Of a DNA stretch of 64,000 bases, positions 22,411 to 35,000 are shown in pieces; position 1 is the stretch's first letter; each line of letters begins with the position of its first letter. Origin of the DNA: Trypanosoma brucei (lineage: Eukaryota). Location: contig CP000069.1 of assembly GCA_000002445.1 (NCBI GenBank), positions 160,001 through 224,000 on the forward strand. Reading direction: 5' to 3'. The notes below the pieces were generated by a model that was not told the DNA's origin, did no database searches, and saw only the letters and a list, made by a program, of their open reading frames with translations. The translations under genes were made by a program, and so were the position numbers.

Positions 22411-25400
22411 ATATAATGTAAAGGGAAGCATGTAGAGGTTATGCCAAATGTTCAGTTGAGGTTACACACTGCAGCGACGTAGACGCTCCCTCCCGCCACA
22501 ACTCGTCGTAGCTCCTCATCGCACAGTTAAAACGTCAAGGGTTCAGTCTTGAATTACCACAAAATACGGATAAATGAGGTTTGTCCCTATAAAGGAGCGG
22601 CATTTCTGCACTCCCCTCGAGTGTCCAAACAGTGTTGTAAATAACAGAAGGATATTATAGGCTCAGCAATATTAACAGAGTGAACGTGTTACAAAACTCC
22701 CTCACAATACTATAATTAGTATAAGCTGCAATAACTGTGACTGTGAAGGAACTTTGTTATACTGCGAGGCAACGCGGGTTTCAGCACATAACTAAGCTCA
22801 TGCATCGACATCACACTCTGGAGGGAATGGAGGCAATCACATACCTTAAATCCTTACGGCAACACAAATGAGTGAAGGGAAAGAAAGCATGCAACTGGTG
22901 AAACAACATGTAACATCAGCAATGCAGAGGGTGATAAGGGTTGTATATCCGAAGAGAGAGATACAACAGCCCACATAACACCCAACACATACAAACACAC
23001 ATGCAACATAACACTCATTATGAAAAAATATTTAAAGACATCGCTAGCATTAAGTGGATTCAAAAAGAAAAACGTGACGCAGACACACACGGAAACACAG
23101 TTTTGTACCCGAAAGGCTGCGGGATTGGGCGTGAGAGGTGGAATGTTTAAAAAAAATAGTCATGCACTCGCACGCTTAAGGACAGACGTGTTGAAAAAGA
23201 AATGTTTCACCTTATTTTTCTTAAAGCCTCAAATGGCAAGGACAAAAATAAAAAAGAGAGCCCTTAGGGAAAGTACATAGCTAATCCCATTTTGTGATTA
23301 CTCACAGAACAAAAACGTTTTGGTTAAATTAGAAGAAATGTTGAGCCGTCCTGTCTTCCATAAGGGTCGGATTTGGAACAGTAAGAAACCAACCGGCGCT
23401 GACACGGCAAAACACATGCATGTGTTAATTCAGTGTCTTGAAAGACAACGCATGTGTAATCTAACAGAGGGCATGTTCCCTCTTAAGATTAGTATGTGCT
23501 TTAATGCAGAGGCAGCAGCCACCAAAAATAGAATGTAAAAAATGTAATAATAAATAGATGGCAAAAGATAAAAATAGATACAAAAGACAAACCCTACCGA
23601 GACTACGTTAAAATTCACTAACAACTACTACAATCGGTATGCTAATTAACTTTTCCGCCGAGTAAAACTAAGAGATTTGTACGCTTTATGACGTGCAACA
23701 GTACCACTAATGTAACGACGGAAGCGAACACCCAAAGTGGCCTTCTCTGAAATGTGAACCAACGAATGGAACAATTATGATTGAGCCCTCTTCAGTACTC
23801 ACAGAAGCTTCACTGCTTCCACTTTGAGCGCTACGGTCAGCGACACGCCCAACCTTAACTGCAATGCGACGCACCACTTCCTCACAGTAGGCGTCATCCC
23901 ACTCGAATGCAGCTTCACGGGGAAGAGGCACACGCCAACGCTCACAAAGCGACGCCAGAAGATTCCCCCGTTGCGCTGCTTTAAAAGTTCGGAAAACAGA
24001 CTGCAGTGAGTTCAATATCGATTGTGCTGATTCACTCAGCTCCGCACGTGAAGAACTGTGGTCGCTGGTGGAGGTTGTCGTGCCATCCTCGTCTTCATCA
24101 AAGAATTCGCGATCCAGCCGTAATGCAGCAAAGTTGCGGCCAGGCACGGCATTCAACTGGTACATTTCCACATGATCATTCACGCCACGAAGTGCAACAT
24201 CACCAAGTGCAGTGACATCAATTTGCTCACGCTCCTCAGCTGACAGTGACATGTAAACCTCATGCGTTATCAGCACCTGACCACCATTTGCTACACTCTC
24301 TGTCCTTGCTGCCATGTTTGGAGTGCGCCCATAGTAGTCATATCCCTTCGTCACTTCATCGTGTCGGATGTCGCACAACCCGGTGTGGATTCCAACACGT
24401 ACACGCAGGCCATTCCACAAACGACTGTACACTTTAGGGTCCAACCGCGCAGTTGGCGGTGTGTACTTCTCGTCCTCCTCCGCACGCTGCTGCTCAAATT
24501 CCCAGTAGGACTCATCAATCGCATTTGTTCCCCAGTCATGCTGCAAGAAACACAGCTGTAGTTCCTGTGCGAGTTGGACGGCAGCGAAAGGACTCTTACT
24601 CGCTATCATGAACGAATCCCCTACAGTCTTGACTTCGTAGCACTTATACCTCCCAATCAGTGAACGAATCAAATAGTGATGTGTTGCAACGGCAACAGGC
24701 ATCAGATCAGGGTGTGCAGCCCACAACGCAGTGCTGCTCTCAATGTCAGTAGATATTAGTGTCACGGGGTCAGTTGGTTCCTTGGGTGCAAGATTGTTAT
24801 CACGAGCATTCCGGTGTGTTGCTAATATAACAACCACAAGAACCGTAACAAGCGGCACCAACATTACGACGAAGCCAACTGCAATAGCGGCAATTTGCTC
24901 AGTTATCTGTTGGATCCATCTCGGTTCATCATAGGTCACTGACAGTGTGGCAGACGACAGCGCAGAGGACACAAAAGGGTTTAGAACATGTGACATCGAC
25001 CATACAAAAATATGCATCGCACCACAGTTGACAACAGTGCTTCGCCTCAAGTCAAGTTTCGTTCGTACACTTGTCTCCAAACGACCCATACATTGCAGGA
25101 CACTTCCCATTGCGTAAGCGATGGCAGACCCACGTAGTGACAATGGCTTCCACTTCGACTCATTCTGCACGATCTTGCGGAACTCACGTACTGTTTTGGA
25201 CTCCGTGATCTTATCCCTCCGATGTGACAGATTCGTTGCGAATAGCAAGGGGTTAGAAAATGGCTCTTCATGGAAGGCATTCACGAGTTCGCCGTGGATT
25301 GGTGCATCATCGAAGAACAGGACGAAGACGTGCGCATTACGGTGCTTGTTAGGGTGAAAGAGGATTATGGAGATATTATATGGGATAAGACCTACAACCA

Positions 25401-27295
25401 ATACCTCACATGCAGTTGACAGCTTGTCTCTCAAAATAGGACCTTCACCACTCGCAACAAAGAAGCTTAGTGATGTGTTAAAGTTGTCAAGTGTTTTTGC
25501 AACATATTCCTAATTCCTCTCGTATCACCACCACGACACACAATGAAATGCATCCTTCCTGCACCATTTTGTATAATATGCTCAACTATCATAAATAACT
25601 GCTGCTCATTTGTTGGTAACAGGTGGATCACATTCCTTCTGGGGTTACTCGGTTGTGATGTGAGTATTATAGGATCGATGAATGCCATACCCTTCGTCCG
25701 TAGTAACGAATTATCCACGACACCAAGCACAGCAGTTACAACTCGTTTCTCAACATCATTATACAGAGTTGCAGAAGCTTCGTAAAATTTCGAGGATAGT
25801 CAGTGTAAAAAGAAACTATCAGAGACCCAGTTGACCTTTGCCAACAACATGAGGGACACCATCGTATACCATCTATGCAGTACGCAGTGCCTTTGGGTCA
25901 TCGGTTATATTAAACATGACCCCACTCAATGGGCCCTACAACTGTGGCAGGTCTCGATAACAGCGAGATGAACCAAGGGTTAATATAGCTTCCTTCATAG
26001 GGTGCAGATGGAGATCCTTTTCCACCTTCTTCACGCACATCACACTCCCACCTTGGTTACGTAAACACGATACACCCCGCTCTCCCGCCTTATTACGGCA
26101 CTCACCACCAAAGTCACCAACCACAATATTATCAATTGGATAACGACGTTTATTGTACAGTGATTTCATAAATACACCCCTGCTAGTTAGCTATTCGTGA
26201 CAACTCAGTGCCTGTTTCAATACCTCCCCAGCAACCCATCTGTTCAATGTCAGCTCAGCTTCAGCGTCTTGCTCGGTGAAGTTATTTTCGTTAATATCCC
26301 ACCTTGTGCGCTTATAGTTATTACCATTAACCTTTAACAACATAGTCATATCATCTCTGAAACGCCTGACAGCTTTGTATGTGTCACCCTTCGTAATTAG
26401 GTCAGCCCCAGTTATTATTATCTTAGCAGCCACAAACTCGTCTCTACCCAATTTATATGCCCACTTGTTCTTGATGGCGTGTTGGAGTGCAGAGGGTGTA
26501 TGAATAAATATTCGCCTCTTGTCCTGTGGTCATATAATCATTTCATGGGGAATCTCTTCATATCAGGGATTGGAGAACCAAATACAATCATTCCCTGAGG
26601 TCCAGTATCGGCAACCTTATTACACTCCGCACTGAAGCTCCTGTTATCCGATTCCTTATCAAGTTGACTCTTCAATGCAAAAAAAAAAAAATAACAACTA
26701 AACAACTTGCGATTCATCCGTGTTGCCAACTACGCAGCAAGCTTATACTCATCATCACCATAAGAAACATCTTTCAAATACATGAAATCCAGTCGGTGTG
26801 ACCGTAACTGAGTGATAGCATAACGGAAAAGAGCAAGCATCTCAACGGCGAGTGGTGCTTCCAGGAGGTATAAATTGGGATTCCAACTGTGTACCCTACT
26901 GAATCCTGTGAAAGGTAAGAAATCAACTACGCATTCTTTTCATTGAAATATTTGGTTAAGTTGAGAGTATTTTTGTCACCCACAGATTCCAGTATAATAG
27001 CAAACTCATCACCGTAATTGGTTGTACAGATGGCGTATCCAAAGTCATCCAGAGACGGAACATATGCAACTGCCACACTGACACACGGAAGCGACTTCCC
27101 GTTGGTAATAGATGCGTTGAAACCTGCAATAATAGGATCACATACCTTTGCTGAGATCTTGTCACTGTATAACATGTTGCATACCCTTACCCATAATAAT
27201 CCATTTGCAAGCTATACTTCAGCCAGCAGCTGTAGTAACATAGAAAAACACTACGTAAGTGACTACGCCATCTCTAGCATGTAATTCACGCATGG
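22411..27295. repeat. right arm of the large inverted repeat. It contains an inverted partial R spacer at 22411-23150.
   Basis: Reverse complement of 7225-12105. For example 22423-22450 'ggaagcatgtagaggttatgccaaatg' is the reverse complement of 12078-12105. The lectin tandem array abuts it at about 22350-22411. Confidence 0.85.
23707..27176 (-). pseudogene. GRESAG4/ESAG4 adenylate cyclase pseudogene, inverted duplicate of 7340-10809
   Basis: ORF 23707..25434 (575 aa) differs from 9082..10809 at only about 12 residues. The upstream fragment ORFs (25467..25730, 25936..26169, 26191..26451, 26927..27175) mirror the left-arm fragments exactly. Confidence 0.8.
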
Positions 27296-30200
27296 GGTGA
27301 CTGTAGGCGTGAGTCGCACGATGAACGGCGCGTGTCGATTCCCTGAATCCATTTCTTGGTAAAATTTAGGGGCTGCATTTGGATGCAGTGCGATCACACG
27401 AAGTAGCTGCGTTTCCCGTTGAACCAAAGCACATAACTTACATCGACAATCCTTTGTAGCAGTGCGGAGGCCCGCGCTCGGCCATGCCGACCCGCTGAAG
27501 TCGATCTTCGTCGGGGGGGGGGGAGGGGAACGGTTTTTTATTTGCCCTCCACGCTCAACTTTGACAACGTCAAAGGGCGTAGTTGGAGGTGTCGGGACAC
27601 GCCTGGCTTCGCAGAGCGCTTGTTTGCCTTCCAATTGGATACTGAGGACATCCTTGGTGGTGGGGAAGTGCCTCAACTAAGGGCGGAGTGAACGGTTTCT
27701 TGACATTGCTTTTTTCTCATTTTCACGGGGATGCCGCGCCATTCAATCCGTTTGGAGAACCATGTAGATCCTTTCCTCGTGGGGACGCCAACCGGGCAGG
27801 GCGCACGTGCCGGTGCCTCAGTCGCCTTCCTCTGCGGGTTGGCTAATTTAGTAGATGCCCCTTGGGGTTTTGGGAGGTGGTGCTGCGGTGCCACTGGGCG
27901 TGGTGACGCCTTGATCACCCTTGAGGATTGGGAGGGGCAAGTGGTGTGGCGATGGCCGCTTACCCGCGCCGTGGCTGACATTCTTTTAGCTTTCGGGGTT
28001 GCGTTAGCTGCCGCGCGGTGCCAAAAAAGTGCTAAGGGGAGGGATAATGTGGCCTTCAACCTCGCTCGGGGCGTTGGGCGCGTACAGCGCGTTTGGAAGA
28101 AGTGGCTTCCGCCGTCTGGGGTGCCGGTGGCGTGTGCCTCGTGCGGTTGGTTTTTCTCTTCAGGAGATGGGACTGATCAATGCTTGGGGGTTAGAACTTC
28201 TGTCTCCTTGTGTTCGCTTGTGGGGAGCTAGTGGGGCGCAGGCCGCCCGCTAGCAGGAGGTAGCAAAGGTGCGTGGAAGTTCCGGCCACTTTAAAGGATA
28301 TGAAACTGAAGGGGAGATATCGCCTCCAAGGCACCCTAGGGAGTCGCGGTTTAGCAGCACTGTCCCTTGGGGGCTGCTGCCGCATGATCGTGTTGCCGGA
28401 GCCCGCTATTTCGTATCTTCGGGCGCCAGCTGGGGGGGGGGGGGGGCGGCGGGTTTCTCCACTTGGAGACCCCCACCGTGCTCGGGCGCCGTCATTTAAT
28501 CGGCGGTCCCTCGGGAAAGAAAGGGACCTGTATGGGCATTCCGGGTGGGGGGATTTTTTTTTTGTGTGCGCAGGCGCGCTTCAATTGCGTAGTATCAATA
28601 GAAGGATTGAACATCCCCCCTGAAACGAAGTATCAATCGCGTGCTGACACTCGATTCTGTGTTCGTGATACCGGTGTTTGTGCTGAGCGTTGCTTGTACT
28701 GCTTGACTGTGTGGGCCGCACACTGCGGTATGCTTGAGAGGGAAAGAAAAAGAAAGGATATCCTCCACGACGGTTAGAGACTATATGTCAAGGATAAAAG
28801 GAAAAGGGGCAGATATAAAGAGGTATTCAGTTATGCAGTGTGTGTATGTGTGGATCTGTGGTTGCGGGATACTCCACACTTCTTTTGTTTTTTTTATTAC
28901 GAGTGAACACGTTGCTGTGCACGGTGAACGTCCCTCCCACGACCGAAGGATTTTTTAATTCTGATAATGCGGATATCCGTAAAGTTCCGTCCTTTTCTTT
29001 GTGTTACAAGGGGTCGTGTGTCTTTCACTCATGCAGTTTGATTTTATTTTCGTCGACTCCTGGAATTATCTGTGTTATTTATTTTAATTCCGTTCGTGTG
29101 ATTCCGATATACCTCTTTTGGTTGTTTCCTATTAGGTGGTCGGCTACAATGTTAACTTTTCGCTGATGTTTGTGAGTCTTCTGTGCACTTTTCCTATTGG
29201 CCTTTGCAAATGGGTGTTGATCTTCATAGTGCATAGACGGTTTGCGAGGATGTTGGGACCATGCAATCACTTTGGCGGTGCGTCCGTTCTTTTTCTTTTT
29301 GGAGAAAAATATTGCGTACATTTATTCACTTAATTTTGTCGGTGGCCTCTGCTATGTTTTTTGATTGTGCTTGTTTTTCTAGGAGAATCCGCACCTTCTT
29401 TAATTTTGAGGTTGTATAAGCAGTTGTTTTGTAGTATAAGTAAGGAGACATATGCTACAATGTTTTTGTAAACATTATGTTCGGGTACATACGAAATATT
29501 TTACTGCTTCCTTTTTCCGCTGAACTTGGGGTGAAGTTCCTACGTTTTTATTCTGTTTCATTAAGGTAACCCAAGTTCCTTTTCTTTCGTTGCCTTCTCC
29601 CTCTGGACACAACACGGGCGGTCGAATATGACTGCTTATATCAAGGCATCGCGACGGCGTTAGAAAACAAAGGTGACGTGTGTAATAACTTTCGCTTGGC
29701 CGGAGGGTCATGTTTCTGCCTCTTTGTTTTTTGCGTCGTGAAATGGTGACCTGGTTTTTGTGTACCGAGCATGTACTTTTTCATATTATCATATTCCACG
29801 AAGATTTCAAGTATTGTCACATACTTTGCCCGTGGTAGGTGCTACCCAGGCCATGCTTCCAGAGGTAATAATGATAGTTTCAGCGAAGTGTGTTGTCGAT
29901 GATGTTATCGGCGGTTTTGCATAATCGTTTGTCGTGTTTTATCTGTTGTGGCAACCTCGTTAATATACAGTTAGACGTTAATTTACATATTTTGCGGTTC
30001 GGTCATAAGCCATAAGTTTTCTAGAAGTGGGTGTGTTTGTTACCCCTTTTACACTCACTGTTAGAAGATGTTTTACGTGTCTACTACTCGGCTATTGTAT
30101 TTGGCCGCAATATATTCGGGGAGACGGCTTTGATATGGATCTGACTCGTCATGTGTGTATCTGCATGCGTGCATAAAGTGTAGAGGAGGAAAGTGCAGGT

Positions 30201-30662
30201 GCAACATCATTACCTCGCGTTAATAGAAGACGAAGTGAGTATGTGATTTCAGCGGGCGCCAAGTTGATCTTCGGCTCTGCCGGTGACGAGGATAGCTGCA
30301 GGGGCCTTGAAGGAGAACTTAACACAGTCGTGGTAAGTAAGTACGAGAGCAAAGTATGTACAAAACTAGGTTGCCACAGGGGAGAAAGGTGTACACCGCT
30401 GGAGATGGTGTTGGCATGTGCATATGTGCATGTACTGAAGCATTGTCCATATTGTCGGCAATTAAATAATTCTTCCCTCCGACAGATTTAAACACCAAGT
30501 GAAGTATACAGTTTTTCACTGCTGCAACTACACATACGAATTTAGTTTTTTTCTTCGAAGGGACTAACCATACAAGCATTCGAATTTTCAGTAAGAGCGC
30601 AAACTTGTGAATAGGGTTAGGGTTAGGGTTAGGGTACACATAAAAAATAAGTAAATACTCCG
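27296..30662. promoter_or_regulatory. divergent strand-switch region with long G-tracts: candidate RNA pol II transcription start region
   Basis: The - strand genes end at about 27295 and the + strand genes begin at 30663. The interval is unusually GC-rich with homopolymer G runs (27513-27528; G15 at 28432-28446) and a T-run at 28555-28562. There are no protein-like ORFs. Trypanosomatid divergent strand-switch regions are known pol II start zones and are G-tract/GT-rich. Confidence 0.45.
30610..30634 (+). repeat. interstitial telomere-type repeat (TTAGGG)x~4
   Basis: The sequence 'atagggttagggttagggttagggt' is read directly. The G-rich strand runs 5'->3' rightward. It lies 29 bp upstream of the M20 peptidase ATG. 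Confidence 0.8.
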
Positions 30663-32090
30663 ATGCAGGTTGATTGGGGTGCAGTTCATAAATTCATTAC
30701 TGACGAATGGGACAAGACCCTCGTCCCCACCATTTCTGCATACATCGAGGTTCCGAACCAAAGCCCCCACTACGACCAGGAATGGGCAACCAATGGGTTA
30801 ATGCAAAAGGCTATGGATATCATTATTGAGTGGGTCAAAAAACAGCCCATCAAGGGTATGAAATACGAGCTTTTCGAGGAGAAAGGATTAACGCCTTTCC
30901 TCATTGTGGAGATTGAAGGAACTGAGCCATGTGCCAACACACTAATGATGTACGGCCATATGGACAAACAACCCCCTCTTCTTCCGTGGGAGGAGGGACT
31001 CCACCCATATAAGCCAGTGTATCGGGATGGCAGATTATATGGTCGTGGAGGAGCTGACGATGGTTATGCCGTGTTTTCAGCTCTGACCGCAATGGCGGCT
31101 GTGCAAAAGCAAGGCATTCCACACGGGAAAGTCGTTGTTATCATTGAGGCCAGTGAGGAATCTGGGAGTATGCACCTCCCTTTTTACCTCGAGAAATGCA
31201 GGGACCGCATCGGCAACGTCGATCTTCTTATTTGTTTGGACAGTGGGGCGATGAGCTACGATCAACTTTGGCTGACGACAGCTCTACGAGGAGTATGTGG
31301 TGGCATGCTTACAGTGGAAACAATGAAGGAAGGCATGCACAGTGGCCTATCCGGTGGCGTTGTTCCCGATTCCTTTCGTATTGCCCGTATGCTCCTCGAA
31401 CGTATTGAAGATACAAATACCGGTGAAGTAAAAATTATCGAAGCAAACTGTGACATCCCTCAGCATGTTGTGGAGAGTATGCAGTCAATAAGGGCAATTG
31501 CATACAAGGAGCAGTTTCCCCTTCTGTCCGGCGTGTCTACTGAAGTTGATGACACTGTGGAGCTAGCCCTGAGGAATTCTTGGAAACCGTGCTTGACAGT
31601 GGTGGGTGATAACCTCCCTGATGCGGCAACGGCTGGGAATGTCAATCGTGCCAAGACCGTGCTGCGGCTCTCCCTCCGTGTCCCCCCTATTGTGGACGCG
31701 ACGAAGGCCACACTAGCGATGAAAAGAATACTCGAGGCTGATTCCCCATATAACGCCAAAGTAACTTTCACTCCGGATGATGCAGGTGACGGCTGTGCGA
31801 CACCACGGCTAAAGCCATGGCTTGTGGAGGCGCTCAATAAGGGTAGTGAGATGGCTTTTGGTAAGGGGTTCGCATCACAGGGCATGGGTGGGTCCATTCC
31901 TTTTATTGCAATGTTGCTGAAAAAATTTCCGGATGCGCAATTTGTGGTCACCGGCGTTTTGGGACCGAAGAGCAACGCACACGGGCCGAACGAGTTTCTA
32001 CATGTGCCGTTTGCGAAAGGAGTAACTACGTGTGTTGCCCGAATCGTTGCGGACCACTACCATGCAACGCCAAAGATACATAAGCAGTGA
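30663..32090 (+). CDS. M20-family metallopeptidase (CNDP/DUG1-like dipeptidase or carboxypeptidase)
   Basis: A 475-aa ORF. It carries the M20 signature block MMYGHMDKQPPLLPWEEGLHPYKPVYRDGRLYGRGGADDGY (~YGHLDVQP...ERDGKLYGRGSTDDKG) and the downstream EASEESGS metal-ligand region. Confidence 0.75.
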   Translation: MQVDWGAVHKFITDEWDKTLVPTISAYIEVPNQSPHYDQEWATNGLMQKAMDIIIEWVKKQPIKGMKYELFEEKGLTPFLIVEIEGTEPCANTLMMYGHMDKQPPLLPWEEGLHPYKPVYRDGRLYGRGGADDGYAVFSALTAMAAVQKQGIPHGKVVVIIEASEESGSMHLPFYLEKCRDRIGNVDLLICLDSGAMSYDQLWLTTALRGVCGGMLTVETMKEGMHSGLSGGVVPDSFRIARMLLERIEDTNTGEVKIIEANCDIPQHVVESMQSIRAIAYKEQFPLLSGVSTEVDDTVELALRNSWKPCLTVVGDNLPDAATAGNVNRAKTVLRLSLRVPPIVDATKATLAMKRILEADSPYNAKVTFTPDDAGDGCATPRLKPWLVEALNKGSEMAFGKGFASQGMGGSIPFIAMLLKKFPDAQFVVTGVLGPKSNAHGPNEFLHVPFAKGVTTCVARIVADHYHATPKIHKQ

Positions 32091-35000
32091 TCAGCCGACC
32101 ATTGCTTCAAGTTTGCTCCCCTGCATTTACGGTCCTGTTGGTTAAACGTGCAACTTTACTTCTCTGTGGTGGGATAAATGAGTTTGTGGGCTTGAGCATG
32201 TGGGGATTGACGACGTTGGTGCTAATATGTTATTCTGGTTTCTCGGCTACTTGCTTGCATGTGGGAGGGGGGGGGGAGAGATATTCCAGAGGCGGGAAAA
32301 GAAGTGAAGCAGATATGGGATAATGTTTTTATCAATTTACGTTCCCCCTTTCCACTTTGTTTGCCGTCCGACTATTATGTGGAGGCCCAGAAAGATGAAG
32401 AGACTTTCGTTCAGTGCGTTCTAGCTGACGTTTGTCCCTGTGTTTGGTGAATATGTTCCCTGAAGTTATGATTTTGGAGTGTTTTTTCCCCTTTTACCTT
32501 CGACACCCTCTCACAAGTTTAATACATACGCGAGCTCGGACTCAATATACCAGTCGTCCGATTAATTGAACACGAACACCTCGCAATGGGTCCGCCGTTC
32601 CGTTCCGTTTATTTGTTTTCTCTTACTTCGTCTCGAAAGTTATTTTATTAGTGAACAAATCGGTAGATTCGTAAGTAAAATGTCCCGCCGTCCGTACGGC
32701 CGCTATCAGGGTTCTGGCGAAACCCTTAGCCCACCATTTTGATCCGAATGGATCGCAGCCATTGTTGCAGGCATTACGTTGTGCCGTGTGGGCTTTGCCA
32801 CCATCGTCGGGGTGGGGGTGGTGAGCAGCCCGTACGGACGCGTCACACTCAAGATAGCGACGGTAGTTCGGTCGTGGTGGAAGACAGAAAAGCGTCCTTA
32901 TTGAACTCATTTTCGCTGCTGCGTGTCACGAAACATGTGAAATTGTTATACCTTGTTTTGCTATCCGGGCAATGCCTTACGCTCCCGAAGTCGCACTGAT
33001 GTCGCCAACTAAGACAAAGTATAAGTGGGGGCCATTGCTCTCCCCACCTTCGGCAGCTGTGCTCAGTTACATCGGTGCAGCGTACATGTCTCACTCGGCC
33101 AGTTTTTGGTCTCCACGAGGTAACAAGTGAAGCAAAGTGTTTCTAAAACGTTTTCTCACCTTCACGTCTTTCAGATACTTCCTTTCCTTCGCTGCCTCCT
33201 TCTCTGGTTTCATCTGAGGGTGAAGTATCAGCCTGTGGTCGACGCATCCAATCAATAGGCAGGGTTTGCGTGGTTGGTGGGTCAGCACAGCTTAGCGGTA
33301 TGGAAACGGAGGGTTTGCTCCAGCTGGTGTCTATTGGCTTCGTGTGTGGGTCCGCCTGCCGCAATGCGATGTGCTAACTCGGACAGCAAAAACATTTTGC
33401 GGTCGCTGCAGAATGCGTGACACCGAGTGGTAACACGCGACCAGCCGGGAAGTCTATGCAGCGCCAACCCGTGGAACCGAAGTTGATGGAACTCTCACGA
33501 CGAAGAGCTATTGGCAGGGGGCGGGGAGGGAAGGCAATACGTGGAGACAACGGCTTCCTTCGTTCAGATCCGCATGGCAGAATCAATGGAGGGGAGGAAT
33601 CAATTTTGGCGATATAATGGTTGATGAGGTCCTTGTATAGGTGCGCTGCACATGTGCCTCCGCTCCGTAAAACCGTTCCCAGGGTAGATGGGGGGGGGGG
33701 GCTGGTGGTGGGTGGATTTTGCGGTGTCCGATCTTACCCAAGTGTTGGTGGGATAGTTGGACGTTGAGTTTTTTAGCTATTGTCTGTTGCTGGGTAGGTG
33801 TTTGAACGAGCCGCTGCCACTGAGCTGGCTTTGGCTGCTTGCTCCGCCTCGCTCAGAGGGTGAAGACAATCCTCACGGTTGCCCCGCTTTCCAGGCAGCA
33901 GGGTCGAAGTGGTTGCGGTTCTTTTGAGCATCCTACGTGTGTATGTGTTTCTTATGTGTGCGTTGGCGCTGTACGGCACTGAGGGGTTGGATCAATGGCT
34001 TGATTAAGCGCCCACATTGCAAGTCCTTCCCCTCTTTCTCCCAACATTACGAAATCAAGGCCGCGCTACTCAAACTGCAGGTGTCCCTGTTTTTTTGGTT
34101 CGGTTGGTGGGTGACCACATCAACACTTTTTTTTAGCACCGCCGCTTCACCGTGATGCCATATGCCTGCTCTGTCAAACGCCCTTCGGGAAAGAGGTTGT
34201 GCTCTCCGCCTGACTACTTGTTTCCCCACTGCGTTACTGTTGGCCTCCCGTTTGCCTCGGTGTGTGGGTCCCCAGACACAGTCAAACCTGGAGGTATGAC
34301 GGCGCAACGTTATAATGCTTATCAAGGCGTCTCGCACCGTTGGCGCGTCGCCCTTTGGCGTGTTCTGAGGTGTGGCGTCGGCTCAACAGCGGCCAGTGTG
34401 ATTGAGCAAGGTTGACGCGAAACGGTTTCGTAGTTTCCAACCTCTTCATTGAAGGGCCCCGTAGATAGTAACGGCGAGCCGCTCGTCACACAAGCTGTTT
34501 GGTCGGTGCCTTTTGTTGAGCAATGTGAGGGGGAAGCTGATGTTGTAATAAGCAAGTCCTCTGCTGTGGAGTGTGTGGGGCAGCGCCACTCCAACTCTTG
34601 GGTTTGTGAAGAAGTACCACGGGGAGGCCGAAACAGAAGAAACCGATAAATGCCGCACATGTAGCCACGCTTGAGATGTGATATCTAAGTGTTTTTACGT
34701 CCGTGTGCGGTAGGGGGGAGGACCCTGCTTCTGATGTTTGTGCCATCGGACCTCCGCAGACAAGTTTGTGAAGTGCAGAAGTGGCATGACGACAAATGTG
34801 AGAGGACCGCTGCTTCACGTCGGTGTGGCACGCCTTGTTTTCATAGGCAGTGAAGAGGCCCGCGCGTTTTGGCACACGTGGCCTGCGTTAAAATTCGATG
34901 CAAGCAGAGGCGGAGAGAGGGTTTGCAATCAGCAGAAGCTGCCGTCCAGTGGGAAAAGTTATCAATTAACAAAGCGAGGACACAAGCGAGAGAGACTCAG

